IMG/VR virus record: IMGVR_UViG_3300025770_001492
Coordinates: 62,001 to 126,000 of that record
DNA length: 64,000 nucleotides
Strand: one strand, 5' to 3'
The notes under the pieces were generated by a model. It made no database searches. It saw only the letters and a program-made list of their open reading frames with translations, and was not told the DNA's origin. Of the stretch, positions 18,066-26,476 are shown piece after piece. The stretch's first letter is position 1, and each line of letters starts with the position of its first letter. Made by a program: the position numbers and the translations under genes.

Positions 18066-18122
18066 ATTAATAGTTACATTAATGTGCATTTTCAAGTCAG
18101 AAACTGTATATAAAATAGAAAA

Positions 18123-18551
18123 ATGAATTTTAGACAATTTTTAATAGAATCAGATTACAACGTAAAAAAGACCCTTGGAAAAGTACCAAAGAGTCATCGA
18201 TCCCTTATTGAAAAATATAAAGTAGAATTTGAAAAGGGAAACACTCTGGATGGGGACCACATTGGTGAAATAGATGAAAAAAAGAAGAAAATAAAACTTG
18301 CTGGCCCATGGAACTACGGAAGAGAATTCACCTTCCTGCACGAATTGGGCCATGCAGTATGGAATTACTTACTTGATGAAGAAAGTAAAAAAGAATGGAC
18401 GAAAGTTGTCAAAAAAACAAATAAACCAAGACAGCATCAAGGAATGGAAGAATTATTCTGCATGGCATATGCCAATTTTTACGCAAAAAACAAAATCGTA
18501 ATTCACGATCATCCAGAATGGGAAGAATTTATCAAAAAGTTGCCCAAATAA
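18123..18551 (+). CDS. HExxH zinc metallopeptidase-like protein with N-terminal capsid-targeting-like motif
   Basis: FLHELGHAVW plus downstream EELF third-ligand helix; starts MNFRQFLIESD; TATATA at 18107-18112. Confidence 0.7.
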   Translation: MNFRQFLIESDYNVKKTLGKVPKSHRSLIEKYKVEFEKGNTLDGDHIGEIDEKKKKIKLAGPWNYGREFTFLHELGHAVWNYLLDEESKKEWTKVVKKTNKPRQHQGMEELFCMAYANFYAKNKIVIHDHPEWEEFIKKLPK

Positions 18552-18579
18552 GTATACAACTCTCATCCAGAAAAGTACA

Positions 18580-18669
18580 ATGTACCGGATCTCATTCAAA
18601 AGCTTCATACAAGAAAAGCGATTCTTGAAATGGAAACAACTTCTTCAGAAAAAGACCAGCTACGTCTGA
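18580..18669 (+). CDS. 29-aa ORF with capsid-targeting-like motif, -1 out of frame with the RNA ligase
   Basis: MYRISFKSFIQEKRFLKWKQLLQKKTSYV; a -1 shift at GAA-AAG (18613-18618) gives MYRISFKSFIQEKAILEMETT, continuous with the ligase. Confidence 0.5.
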   Translation: MYRISFKSFIQEKRFLKWKQLLQKKTSYV

Positions 18670-19868
18670 TTATAACGAAATTGGCACTGGGCGACTTCAA
18701 CTGGCTCAAGGAGAAAGACATTCTAGTCGGTGATAAAGGTTCATCATGGATCTTAAATTATGGAATGAAAGATAAAAACGAGTTCAATAGACTTGTTCGT
18801 GGAATGGTAGTAGAAAAACCACATGCAAATAATTTCTTTCATGGCGACGATCCGCTAAAAGAAATCAAAAGCTTTCCTTTCATCAGATTTTTCAATCAAG
18901 GAGAAAAAGAATCTGACGAAATCGACATGAACGATTCGGAAATGCTTGAAAAGCTAGATGGAACCATGGTTGGAGTGTTTTTCTCAACCTATGATCCATC
19001 TAGCCCACAATGGCACACGAGAAGAATGTTAAGTTCATACGAATCCGATATGAAAAATACAGTCAAAGGATTTCATGGAGGGAATTACAACCTTATGTAT
19101 GAGATTGGCAAGTATGTAAAGAAACTTAATTTCAACCGAGAAGACACAAGCCACACATACGTTTTTGAATTCATTCATGACGCATCAACCGTGTTGACAA
19201 AATACAAAGAGAGCCAATGGGGATTATATCTTTTAGCTGGAAGAAACGTTGAAACGCACAAAGAAGAAACAGAAAGCGAATTGGACAAAATCTCAAAAAG
19301 AATTGGTGCCAACCGCCCTCAGAGATGGGATGCCACAAGCGAAGAGGAAATTAAAAACATGATGCAAAAAGCTGCATCTGAGATCGAAGACTTTGAGGGC
19401 ATGGTTTTTCGTGATAAAAAAACAGGCAAAAGAGTGAAATTAAAAGATCCCAAGTATGTAGAAAAACATCACATGCTGGGAGACACATCTCTCAAAAGAC
19501 TGATCCCAAAAACAATAGAGGGAGAAGAAGATGAAGTAACTGCATACTTTCCTCACGTAAAAGAATTGGTAGACGATATAAAGGAAAGACATGCAAACAT
19601 CAAAAACAAAACTGTGGAAACTGTAAATCAGTTTCAGAAATACAAAAATCTTCCAAGAAAAGAACTATGGGAGAAGGTTTCAAATATAGACAATGCTTTC
19701 ATCAGAAGCATGGTAATGAAGCACGTTGAATGCGAAGATTTGGAATACGAGATAGAAAAAGAACTCAAAAGAATTGCTGTAGCAACTGTTGAAAAAGACA
19801 CTTATTTAGGAAAGCAGACATTCAGTTATGCTTCTCGAAAGTATTTAGACTTACTAGGACTCAAATAG
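18630..19868 (+). CDS. T4 Rnl1-like ATP-dependent RNA ligase
   Basis: Motif I EKLDGT, motif IIIa FEFI, motif IV EGMVF, motif V VKLK. Confidence 0.85.
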   Translation: METTSSEKDQLRLIITKLALGDFNWLKEKDILVGDKGSSWILNYGMKDKNEFNRLVRGMVVEKPHANNFFHGDDPLKEIKSFPFIRFFNQGEKESDEIDMNDSEMLEKLDGTMVGVFFSTYDPSSPQWHTRRMLSSYESDMKNTVKGFHGGNYNLMYEIGKYVKKLNFNREDTSHTYVFEFIHDASTVLTKYKESQWGLYLLAGRNVETHKEETESELDKISKRIGANRPQRWDATSEEEIKNMMQKAASEIEDFEGMVFRDKKTGKRVKLKDPKYVEKHHMLGDTSLKRLIPKTIEGEEDEVTAYFPHVKELVDDIKERHANIKNKTVETVNQFQKYKNLPRKELWEKVSNIDNAFIRSMVMKHVECEDLEYEIEKELKRIAVATVEKDTYLGKQTFSYASRKYLDLLGLK

Positions 19869-20626
19869 TGAACGAAATCATAATCAAGAATAAGCAGCAA
19901 ATAGATGGAATACGAATAAGCTGCAAACTTGCTGCTGAGACACTAGATTACATTGAGGAATTTGTAGTAGAAGGAATCACTACAGAAGAAATCAATAATA
20001 TTGCAGCTAAATTCATAAAAGATAATGGAGCTACCTCTGCTCCACTGAACTACAAAGGATTTCCAAAAGAAACATGTATTTCCATCAACGAAGTAATATG
20101 CCACGGCATTCCAGATCAAACCGTCCTCAAGAACGGAGACATTCTGAATATCGACATAACCACAATCCTAGACGGATTCTATGGGGACACGAGCAGAATG
20201 TTTGCAGTCGGAGAAATAAACGAAACTGCGAAGGAACTGGTTCAGACGACCAAAGAATGCCTCATGATGAGCATAGAGACAGTGAAGCCTCAAAGTATGC
20301 TGTCGGGTATCGCCAAAGTAATTACCCAACATGCTGAATCTAACGGATTTAGCGTTGTCAACGCATTTTGTGGTCATGGGGTAGGACTTGAATTTCACGA
20401 GCCTCCATTCGTGCAGCACGACTATAAATCTGTAAAAGACGGATTTCTAATCAGTCTGGAAGAAGGCATGATTTTCACAATTGAACCAATGCTGTGCGAA
20501 GGGGAACGCCAAGCAATGCTTTTAGAAGACAATTGGACGGCGATTACCACAGACAAAAAACTGTCTGCTCAATTTGAGCATACAGTTTTAGTGACTAAAG
20601 GTGGATACGAAATATTGACTAAGTGA
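19868..20626 (+). CDS. map: type I methionine aminopeptidase
   Basis: DIT, GDTSR, GHGVG..FHE, TIEP and QFEHT metal-ligand motifs. Confidence 0.96.
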   Translation: MNEIIIKNKQQIDGIRISCKLAAETLDYIEEFVVEGITTEEINNIAAKFIKDNGATSAPLNYKGFPKETCISINEVICHGIPDQTVLKNGDILNIDITTILDGFYGDTSRMFAVGEINETAKELVQTTKECLMMSIETVKPQSMLSGIAKVITQHAESNGFSVVNAFCGHGVGLEFHEPPFVQHDYKSVKDGFLISLEEGMIFTIEPMLCEGERQAMLLEDNWTAITTDKKLSAQFEHTVLVTKGGYEILTK

Positions 20627-20677
20627 AACAGATCAAAGGTGCCACCTGCACACCATAGGTTTTATGAATTTTTAATA

Positions 20678-21424
20678 TTAAACAATTGGTTTAACAGAAT
20701 CGCTTTGAGCATCTTTAAGCAATTGAGGTATAGTAACCATTGCTGACTCTGTTAGTCTTTCGTACTCGTTGATATCTAGACTAAATATTCTATAGTGATG
20801 TGCAATCGGATTCCTCATAATCTGAGGCTTATATCCCTTGTGTTGCGCTTTCACCGTCACAATAAATGCAGGACCAACTTGTGGCAAGTGTTCTGGCCAT
20901 GGACCAACGGCTTCCCAGCACTCTCTTGTGGCCATCATCAGCCACTCCTGTACAAAGTCAACCTTCTGTTGTTGCATGTAGTACGACTGAAGTTCGACTC
21001 CAACAATCCCAGCATTTTGAGACTCGCAAACGTTAACCAAAAGATCCAACCACGCAGGATTTGTAACGACCACATCGCAATGCATGAAAACTATGTATTT
21101 TGAATCTTTACTTGCATTTTGATATCCTATATTACAAGCTTCGGACCAGTAAAGATTTTTATCGTTTTTAACAACCTTAACCTCACCATCAATGTCATCT
21201 AGAAAATCCTGACTATCATTATCCGATCCATTATCAACAACAATAATTTCGTAATTGTTGTTGAAACTAGTTACGGCAATAGATTGCAAACAAATATTTA
21301 GGTATTCTGGTCGGTCACGATGAACGACAACTATTGATATCTGTTCTTCACTTCCGTCATGAAGGTTGATCGTCATTTCTGGACGTTCTCCCTCCAGAGG
21401 ATTGTGTGGGTTTTGATCTGGCAT
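20678..21424 (-). CDS. family 2 glycosyltransferase
   Basis: ISIVVVHRDR...IIVVDNGS...FMHCD GT-A pattern. Confidence 0.85.
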   Translation of the reverse strand: MPDQNPHNPLEGERPEMTINLHDGSEEQISIVVVHRDRPEYLNICLQSIAVTSFNNNYEIIVVDNGSDNDSQDFLDDIDGEVKVVKNDKNLYWSEACNIGYQNASKDSKYIVFMHCDVVVTNPAWLDLLVNVCESQNAGIVGVELQSYYMQQQKVDFVQEWLMMATRECWEAVGPWPEHLPQVGPAFIVTVKAQHKGYKPQIMRNPIAHHYRIFSLDINEYERLTESAMVTIPQLLKDAQSDSVKPIV

Positions 21425-21425
21425 T

Positions 21426-21662
21426 TTAATCCTCTAATTCTATTTCGAAAGCACCAACCTCACAGAAGCATTCAGCATCTCCTTGCGGTGTGGCTATGTT
21501 TACTATATTGACTTTTCCGTCAGTCGAGTATTGGCTTTTAAGACTTTGCAAAAGACTATCTGCCTTTTTTGCACTACTAAATGCTTTTTCTGTTTTGATG
21601 AATACGTATTCACCTTCAACCTGTCTAGCAACTGTAATTACTGCAAATACATTTTTACTCAT
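21426..21662 (-). CDS. hypothetical protein
   Basis: 78 aa with GGAG SD. Confidence 0.65.
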   Translation of the reverse strand: MSKNVFAVITVARQVEGEYVFIKTEKAFSSAKKADSLLQSLKSQYSTDGKVNIVNIATPQGDAECFCEVGAFEIELED

Positions 21663-21671
21663 ATTGACTCC

Positions 21672-22151
21672 TTAAACCCATTCAAACGAATAGACAGGTT
21701 CGACCCACATTGTCGCAATAGGATCTTTATTTTTTATCATCATAAATTCTTTTCCCAAATTCATCAAGGTCAAAACAACTCTTCCCTCTGTCATCTGGTT
21801 TGGAGAAACTAAAAATAACCCCTTGCCAGACAGTTCTTCATTGACAGAAAATCGAACCTTGTACCCATTAGAAACATCTAAAGAAAATCCACAATCTATC
21901 TGAACAAATCCTCTATTGGGAATTCTAGTATATTTCTCGCCAGTGTAATCTTCTTCTTTTTCAGACAAGTTGGCAAACAGTCCCGCCATGTGGCTGCCAT
22001 TCGAACTTTTGTAATGAGAAGGCATAAAGCAATCGTCATCAGCATCTATCTTTGTACAGATACTTTTCACATCTGGACAGTCCCAATTTTTAACTTCTGA
22101 AGTGACCGGACTTGCTTCCGCTTTCACTCTAGGTTTATTTTTATTTTCCAT
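21672..22151 (-). CDS. trimeric dUTPase-fold protein lacking catalytic motifs
   Basis: AGLFA, QIDCGFSLDVSNGY and LMNLGKEFMMIKNKDPIA align with dUTPase; the motif III G.ID.DY.G is replaced by SPNQMTEGR and motif V is absent. Confidence 0.6.
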   Translation of the reverse strand: MENKNKPRVKAEASPVTSEVKNWDCPDVKSICTKIDADDDCFMPSHYKSSNGSHMAGLFANLSEKEEDYTGEKYTRIPNRGFVQIDCGFSLDVSNGYKVRFSVNEELSGKGLFLVSPNQMTEGRVVLTLMNLGKEFMMIKNKDPIATMWVEPVYSFEWV

Positions 22152-22166
22152 GTATTAAATAAGTAA

Positions 22167-22412
22167 CTAGGAATCAGAATTTTTCTTTTTTTGAATAGCT
22201 ATAACGTAATTATTGAAATTTTTACGAAATTGTTCGTAGGCTCCTGGCGGATATTTTTTGGCCTTTTTAATAAGCTCATTTGTTAAATATGGATCTAAAT
22301 TCTTGTCATTTATCCAATTTATAACATTCTCTAAACCAGGCTGTGAGTGCCACATTTTACTATCCTTCTTCCCCGGAATTTGAATCTTTATCGGCAGATT
22401 GTACTCGCTCAT
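22167..22412 (-). CDS. hypothetical protein
   Basis: Likely start MSEYN at 22412. Confidence 0.55.
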   Translation of the reverse strand: MSEYNLPIKIQIPGKKDSKMWHSQPGLENVINWINDKNLDPYLTNELIKKAKKYPPGAYEQFRKNFNNYVIAIQKKKNSDS

Positions 22413-22737
22413 CGTCTTTCTCCATATCGTCTTCTTTATCAATCTCAAAGTTATTTAGAACATCGGCCTGTTTCTGGGCATTCGCCCTCTGAATCATAGC
22501 AGATGAAATGTCCATAGGAATTGTAGGAGCATCTAATATTTGCTCCTGCATGATCGCCTCTCCTAATACTTTAACAATGTCTGCTGATACTTCTTTAAAC
22601 TCCGAAGATTCATATGTTTTTGAATTTGAAAAATCATAAAACAAGACTTTGGACACTTTTTCACCATCAACAAGTAGCTCAACATGCATTGGAACCAAAC
22701 CCGTCATAGATACTAGTGACATATTATTTTTTGACAT
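22360..22737 (-). CDS. hypothetical protein with acidic tail
   Basis: 125-aa ORF, AAGGG SD-like. Confidence 0.6.
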   Translation of the reverse strand: MSKNNMSLVSMTGLVPMHVELLVDGEKVSKVLFYDFSNSKTYESSEFKEVSADIVKVLGEAIMQEQILDAPTIPMDISSAMIQRANAQKQADVLNNFEIDKEDDMEKDDERVQSADKDSNSGEEG

Positions 22738-22788
22738 TTAATCCCTTTAAACATAAATAAATTAGCTTATGAAAATATAAGAGTAACA

Positions 22789-23223
22789 ATGATTAAATTT
22801 AAAGAATACATTGAAAAAAAAATGCAAGAGCAAAATACTGTTGGCAAGCACAACGATGGTGCCACCACAAATAATGCTGGAGCATATCTTGGGAGCGATT
22901 GGACTGGGAGCGAGCAAAGTCCAACAATGGGATATCTGGGACACCCTGTTCATTTACCAAGTCTAGACCTTGTGGTAAACATGCCAAGCCTCGGATTGCC
23001 AACAGTGAAAAGAAGTTCAAAAATCATACTAATTCAAAAGAACAAAAATCCAATATCGGTATTTCTATCCGATGGAACAAAAATATTTTTAACGCTTGAC
23101 GAATTCAATCGCATAAACGGGAAAAAACCCGAAGTAGGCAAGAACATTACCGTCACGTTCCAGCGTCATAATAAAAACAATTCAGAAGAAAACTCTAAAA
23201 TTCAAAACATCATGTGTCACTGA
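22789..23223 (+). CDS. hypothetical protein with capsid-targeting-like N-terminus
   Basis: Starts MIKFKEYIEKKMQE; TAAATA upstream; isolated plus-strand gene. Confidence 0.6.
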   Translation: MIKFKEYIEKKMQEQNTVGKHNDGATTNNAGAYLGSDWTGSEQSPTMGYLGHPVHLPSLDLVVNMPSLGLPTVKRSSKIILIQKNKNPISVFLSDGTKIFLTLDEFNRINGKKPEVGKNITVTFQRHNKNNSEENSKIQNIMCH

Positions 23224-23498
23224 CGTTGCTCTTCCCACTGGCTTTCCCAATTGTTCTCTGGTTCAAATCGAATGGCCTTATTAGCTGTTTTGTCTCTCCA
23301 AATGTTTGGATTAACTTTGTCGGGATCAATTCCAGGAAAATAAGGACCTGGTGAATAATCCTTCATCAATCTTTCTACAACTTTGTCTGTTATGCGATCA
23401 ACTATTACTGGTCCTGCTAAGGACACAAATAGCAAAGCAACTGCTATTGCTCCAGCTACCCACATCAACTTGTTTTCTAAAATTTGCTTAAGATCCAT
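23217..23498 (-). CDS. single-TM hypothetical protein
   Basis: Hydrophobic helix at residues 11-32; GAGG SD. Confidence 0.65.
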   Translation of the reverse strand: MDLKQILENKLMWVAGAIAVALLFVSLAGPVIVDRITDKVVERLMKDYSPGPYFPGIDPDKVNPNIWRDKTANKAIRFEPENNWESQWEEQRQ

Positions 23499-23524
23499 TG
23501 TTTTTACCTCTTTCTATAATCTAG

Positions 23525-24514
23525 TTATACATCACTCTTTTTTTCTATCTTCAATAACTCAGAAAGAATCTCTTTATGTTTTTCAGATACTTTTTCAGGA
23601 ACATCTAAAACTATCTTAATCAAAAGATTGCCTCTAACTTTTTGATTTTCCACAGAAGGCATCCCTTGACCCTCCACTTTAAAAATCTGTCCAACTTTTG
23701 TGCCAGCAGGAATTTTTAACAACATGACAGAACCCAGTGTTCTTACCTCTACATGGCTTCCAAGAACAAGCTCTGCATACGAAGCTGATACCTCTGCCTC
23801 TAAATCTAAACCATTTGGGGCATAGGAAAAATAGTCATCTTCTCTTACCTTTATGGCAATCAGCAAATCTCCAAAGCGACCATCAGGAGTTTCTTCTCCC
23901 TCGCCTTTCATCACAAGCTGACTCCCAGTCTGAACGCCAATTGGAATGTTAACTTTAAAGGTAAAATTCTCAACCCCATCATTGCCGCTCCCTCTACATT
24001 TGTCACATTTTTTAGAAGGCGTTTGACCTCTACCCTTGCAAACATTGCACTTGGCCTGTAAATTAAAAAATCCTTGCTGTATGTTTAAAACTCCCTTGCC
24101 GAGGCAGGTGCTACACGTTTTAAATTCTGTATAGCCCTCTGAGGAGCAGGATTTGCAAGGCTTGTTCTTCTCTACTTTTACATCTTTTTTACATCCTTGA
24201 AACGCATCTATCAGATCAATTTCTAATTCAACCAATATATGTTTAAGCGGTCTGACTTCCCAAGCTCTACGTCTAAAAGAAAACATGTCTCCGAACGAGC
24301 CAGAGACATGTCTATCGTATGAACGCCTTTTGATTGGATCTTTTAGAACATCGTATGCCCCACATATTGACTTGAACTTATTAGCAGCATCTGGGTCGTC
24401 AGGATTGGCATCAGGATGTGTCTGTCTGGCAAGGTTGCGATAAGCCTTATTGATTTCATCATCGCCAGCATCTCTTGAGACGCCTAATATTTCGTAGTAA
24501 TCAGGAGATGCCAT
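23525..24514 (-). CDS. dnaJ: DnaJ chaperone (J domain, four CxxCxGxG-type repeats, C-terminal domain)
   Basis: DYYEILGV...THPD; CKSC, CSTCLGKG, CNVCKGRG, CDKCRGSG; G/F linker is short. Confidence 0.95.
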   Translation of the reverse strand: MASPDYYEILGVSRDAGDDEINKAYRNLARQTHPDANPDDPDAANKFKSICGAYDVLKDPIKRRSYDRHVSGSFGDMFSFRRRAWEVRPLKHILVELEIDLIDAFQGCKKDVKVEKNKPCKSCSSEGYTEFKTCSTCLGKGVLNIQQGFFNLQAKCNVCKGRGQTPSKKCDKCRGSGNDGVENFTFKVNIPIGVQTGSQLVMKGEGEETPDGRFGDLLIAIKVREDDYFSYAPNGLDLEAEVSASYAELVLGSHVEVRTLGSVMLLKIPAGTKVGQIFKVEGQGMPSVENQKVRGNLLIKIVLDVPEKVSEKHKEILSELLKIEKKSDV

Positions 24515-24529
24515 AATTTTACAAAAAGA

Positions 24530-24874
24530 TTATTCTTCTTCGACAATCCCGTGAATGTTATGAATTTCCAAAAGAGCAATGACTCTTCCTTTTTCAGCCC
24601 CACGAGGGTCTGCGACTGCCAATCCTTTTCCATCCCAGAAGACCCTTTGGCCTACTTTGATACCACAATTGTCATCAAACGCTGGTCCCAACTCCATGAT
24701 ATAAGCCTGTGGGGGGCCTTCGTTCTCCAGCCCATCTGGTAGAACTAAGGATGTATCAATCATCTCTTCACCATTGATAATCTCTACAAGAATCTTCGAT
24801 CTAAAAGGATGTACTGCTTTTATCTTTGGAACTTTGGCTGCTTTAGTTCCGTCTACGCCTACAATGCTGCTCAT
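24530..24874 (-). CDS. groES: GroES/Cpn10-like co-chaperonin
   Basis: IKAVHPFRSKILVE...LVLPD...ELGP...IKVGQRV...IHGIVE matches the Cpn10 pattern. Confidence 0.75.
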   Translation of the reverse strand: MSSIVGVDGTKAAKVPKIKAVHPFRSKILVEIINGEEMIDTSLVLPDGLENEGPPQAYIMELGPAFDDNCGIKVGQRVFWDGKGLAVADPRGAEKGRVIALLEIHNIHGIVEEE

Positions 24875-24945
24875 TTTGAAACCTCTTATCTGGTTAAAGT
24901 TGTATTTATTAAAATAGTATCTTGAACAAAATTCTAAAAATATTT

Positions 24946-25341
24946 TTATAAAGTGTAACTGAGGACGTTCGGTACTGTGTGTTGTATCGAAACATTCTCT
25001 GGAATTGAATTTATTTGAACATTTGAAAAATCATCTCCGTTCCTGTTAGTACCAGCAGAATGAGTTTCTCCGATTTGGATGTAATGATCTGTCTCTGAGT
25101 TTACAAAAGAAACATAGGGGTTGTCGATACTGTGTCTGTACCAATCCCGACTAGTGGCTTGTACACTTAGATTCGCACTATTGAGTTCCGCATTTTGCGA
25201 CTGAGCCAGATGTTTATTCTCATCTTTGTATTTTTGCACTATTGCATAGCAATTTGCAGTCATTTGCTCAAAGTAGCCTTCATATCCAGATTGATAAGCC
25301 TCTTCAAGCATAGATAGCAACTCTTGTTCTGAAATATTCAT
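24946..25341 (-). CDS. hypothetical protein
   Basis: 131-aa ORF overlapping the upstream stop. Confidence 0.6.
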   Translation of the reverse strand: MNISEQELLSMLEEAYQSGYEGYFEQMTANCYAIVQKYKDENKHLAQSQNAELNSANLSVQATSRDWYRHSIDNPYVSFVNSETDHYIQIGETHSAGTNRNGDDFSNVQINSIPENVSIQHTVPNVLSYTL

Positions 25342-26264
25342 TCGCTAACGGCTCTTCCTTTTAGTGTTTCCCAATCTTTTTCTGGTCTGACTCTTAGATT
25401 GGTTTCCCATGCAGCAGACATTGTTGAACAATCCACATCATTAGACTTACAAAGTTGCAAAATAGCGTTCAAATCCTTCGGGAAGCAACTTCCGCCAAAT
25501 CCATTTTTTCCATCCGGTCCCGGCACGCTCCAGTGAGAATTGCCAAGTCTTTCATCTTTCGTTGCATGTTTTGCCACTTCGTCATAATCGACATTGATAG
25601 CTTTACACAATTCAAAAAGTTCATTGGCAAATGAAACCTTAACAGCCAAGAAGCAATTAGTTGTATACTTCACAAGCTCTGCAACTGATGAAGATGTTTT
25701 AAATAGAGGGACTTCGGGAAATGAAGACTCAAAAACTTGACTAAGGATTTCCAAACTTTCTTCTGGTCCTCCTATGATGATCCTATTTTGATTTTTGAAA
25801 TCTTCTACTGCATTTCTCTCCGTGAGAAACTCTGGATTGAAGCAAATATTGTTTTTGAATTCTGAATTGAAACCATCAACTGTGCCAGGAGGCACAGTTG
25901 ATTTTATTACCACAGTTCTAACTTCTTCAGAAAGATCATCCAACATCTTTAAGGCACTTCTTAAAATGCTCAAATCGCATTCGCCACTTTTATTCATAGG
26001 CGTCGGCAAACACACAAATATAGGACCATCTGTTTGAGACAAAACAGATTTATAGCCTTCTTCACACGATAGAGTTTTATCCACTTGCTCTACAAACTGT
26101 ATGACTACATCTTCATGCTCTTCTGATCTTGGAACCCAATCAGGGATAAAAGACCTTTTAAAGCCTTTGGATATGTCATATGTGTTCACAGCAAAAGCGT
26201 GTTTGAAGCCCTCATACAAAGCACTTCCAACAAAGCCTTGTCCTATTATTCCTATGCTTTTCAT
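25338..26264 (-). CDS. UDP-glucose/GDP-mannose 6-dehydrogenase family (C-terminal domain absent)
   Basis: GIIGQGFVG, KSTVPPG, PEFL, KYTTNCFLAVKVSFANE and GFGGSCFPKD. Confidence 0.9.
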   Translation of the reverse strand: MKSIGIIGQGFVGSALYEGFKHAFAVNTYDISKGFKRSFIPDWVPRSEEHEDVVIQFVEQVDKTLSCEEGYKSVLSQTDGPIFVCLPTPMNKSGECDLSILRSALKMLDDLSEEVRTVVIKSTVPPGTVDGFNSEFKNNICFNPEFLTERNAVEDFKNQNRIIIGGPEESLEILSQVFESSFPEVPLFKTSSSVAELVKYTTNCFLAVKVSFANELFELCKAINVDYDEVAKHATKDERLGNSHWSVPGPDGKNGFGGSCFPKDLNAILQLCKSNDVDCSTMSAAWETNLRVRPEKDWETLKGRAVSE

Positions 26265-26271
26265 CAAAATA

Positions 26272-26475
26272 TTACCTTGGTTTATCCAAACAAACTGCAT
26301 CTACTTCATTTCTACCATACCACTTTTCTCTTCTCATTGTGGCAAGGTCAAAACTTGCAAGACAGTCAGACAAATATTCTGCCAGTATCCAATCAGGAGT
26401 ATTGGAGCCATTTTCCTTGCTGCAACAGTTTATTAAAGTTTCTAATTCTTCTCGAAAATTTTCTGGTGAACTCAT
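26272..26475 (-). CDS. hypothetical protein
   Basis: 67 aa, ENGSNTPDWILAEYL. Confidence 0.6.
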   Translation of the reverse strand: MSSPENFREELETLINCCSKENGSNTPDWILAEYLSDCLASFDLATMRREKWYGRNEVDAVCLDKPR

Positions 26476-26476
26476 T

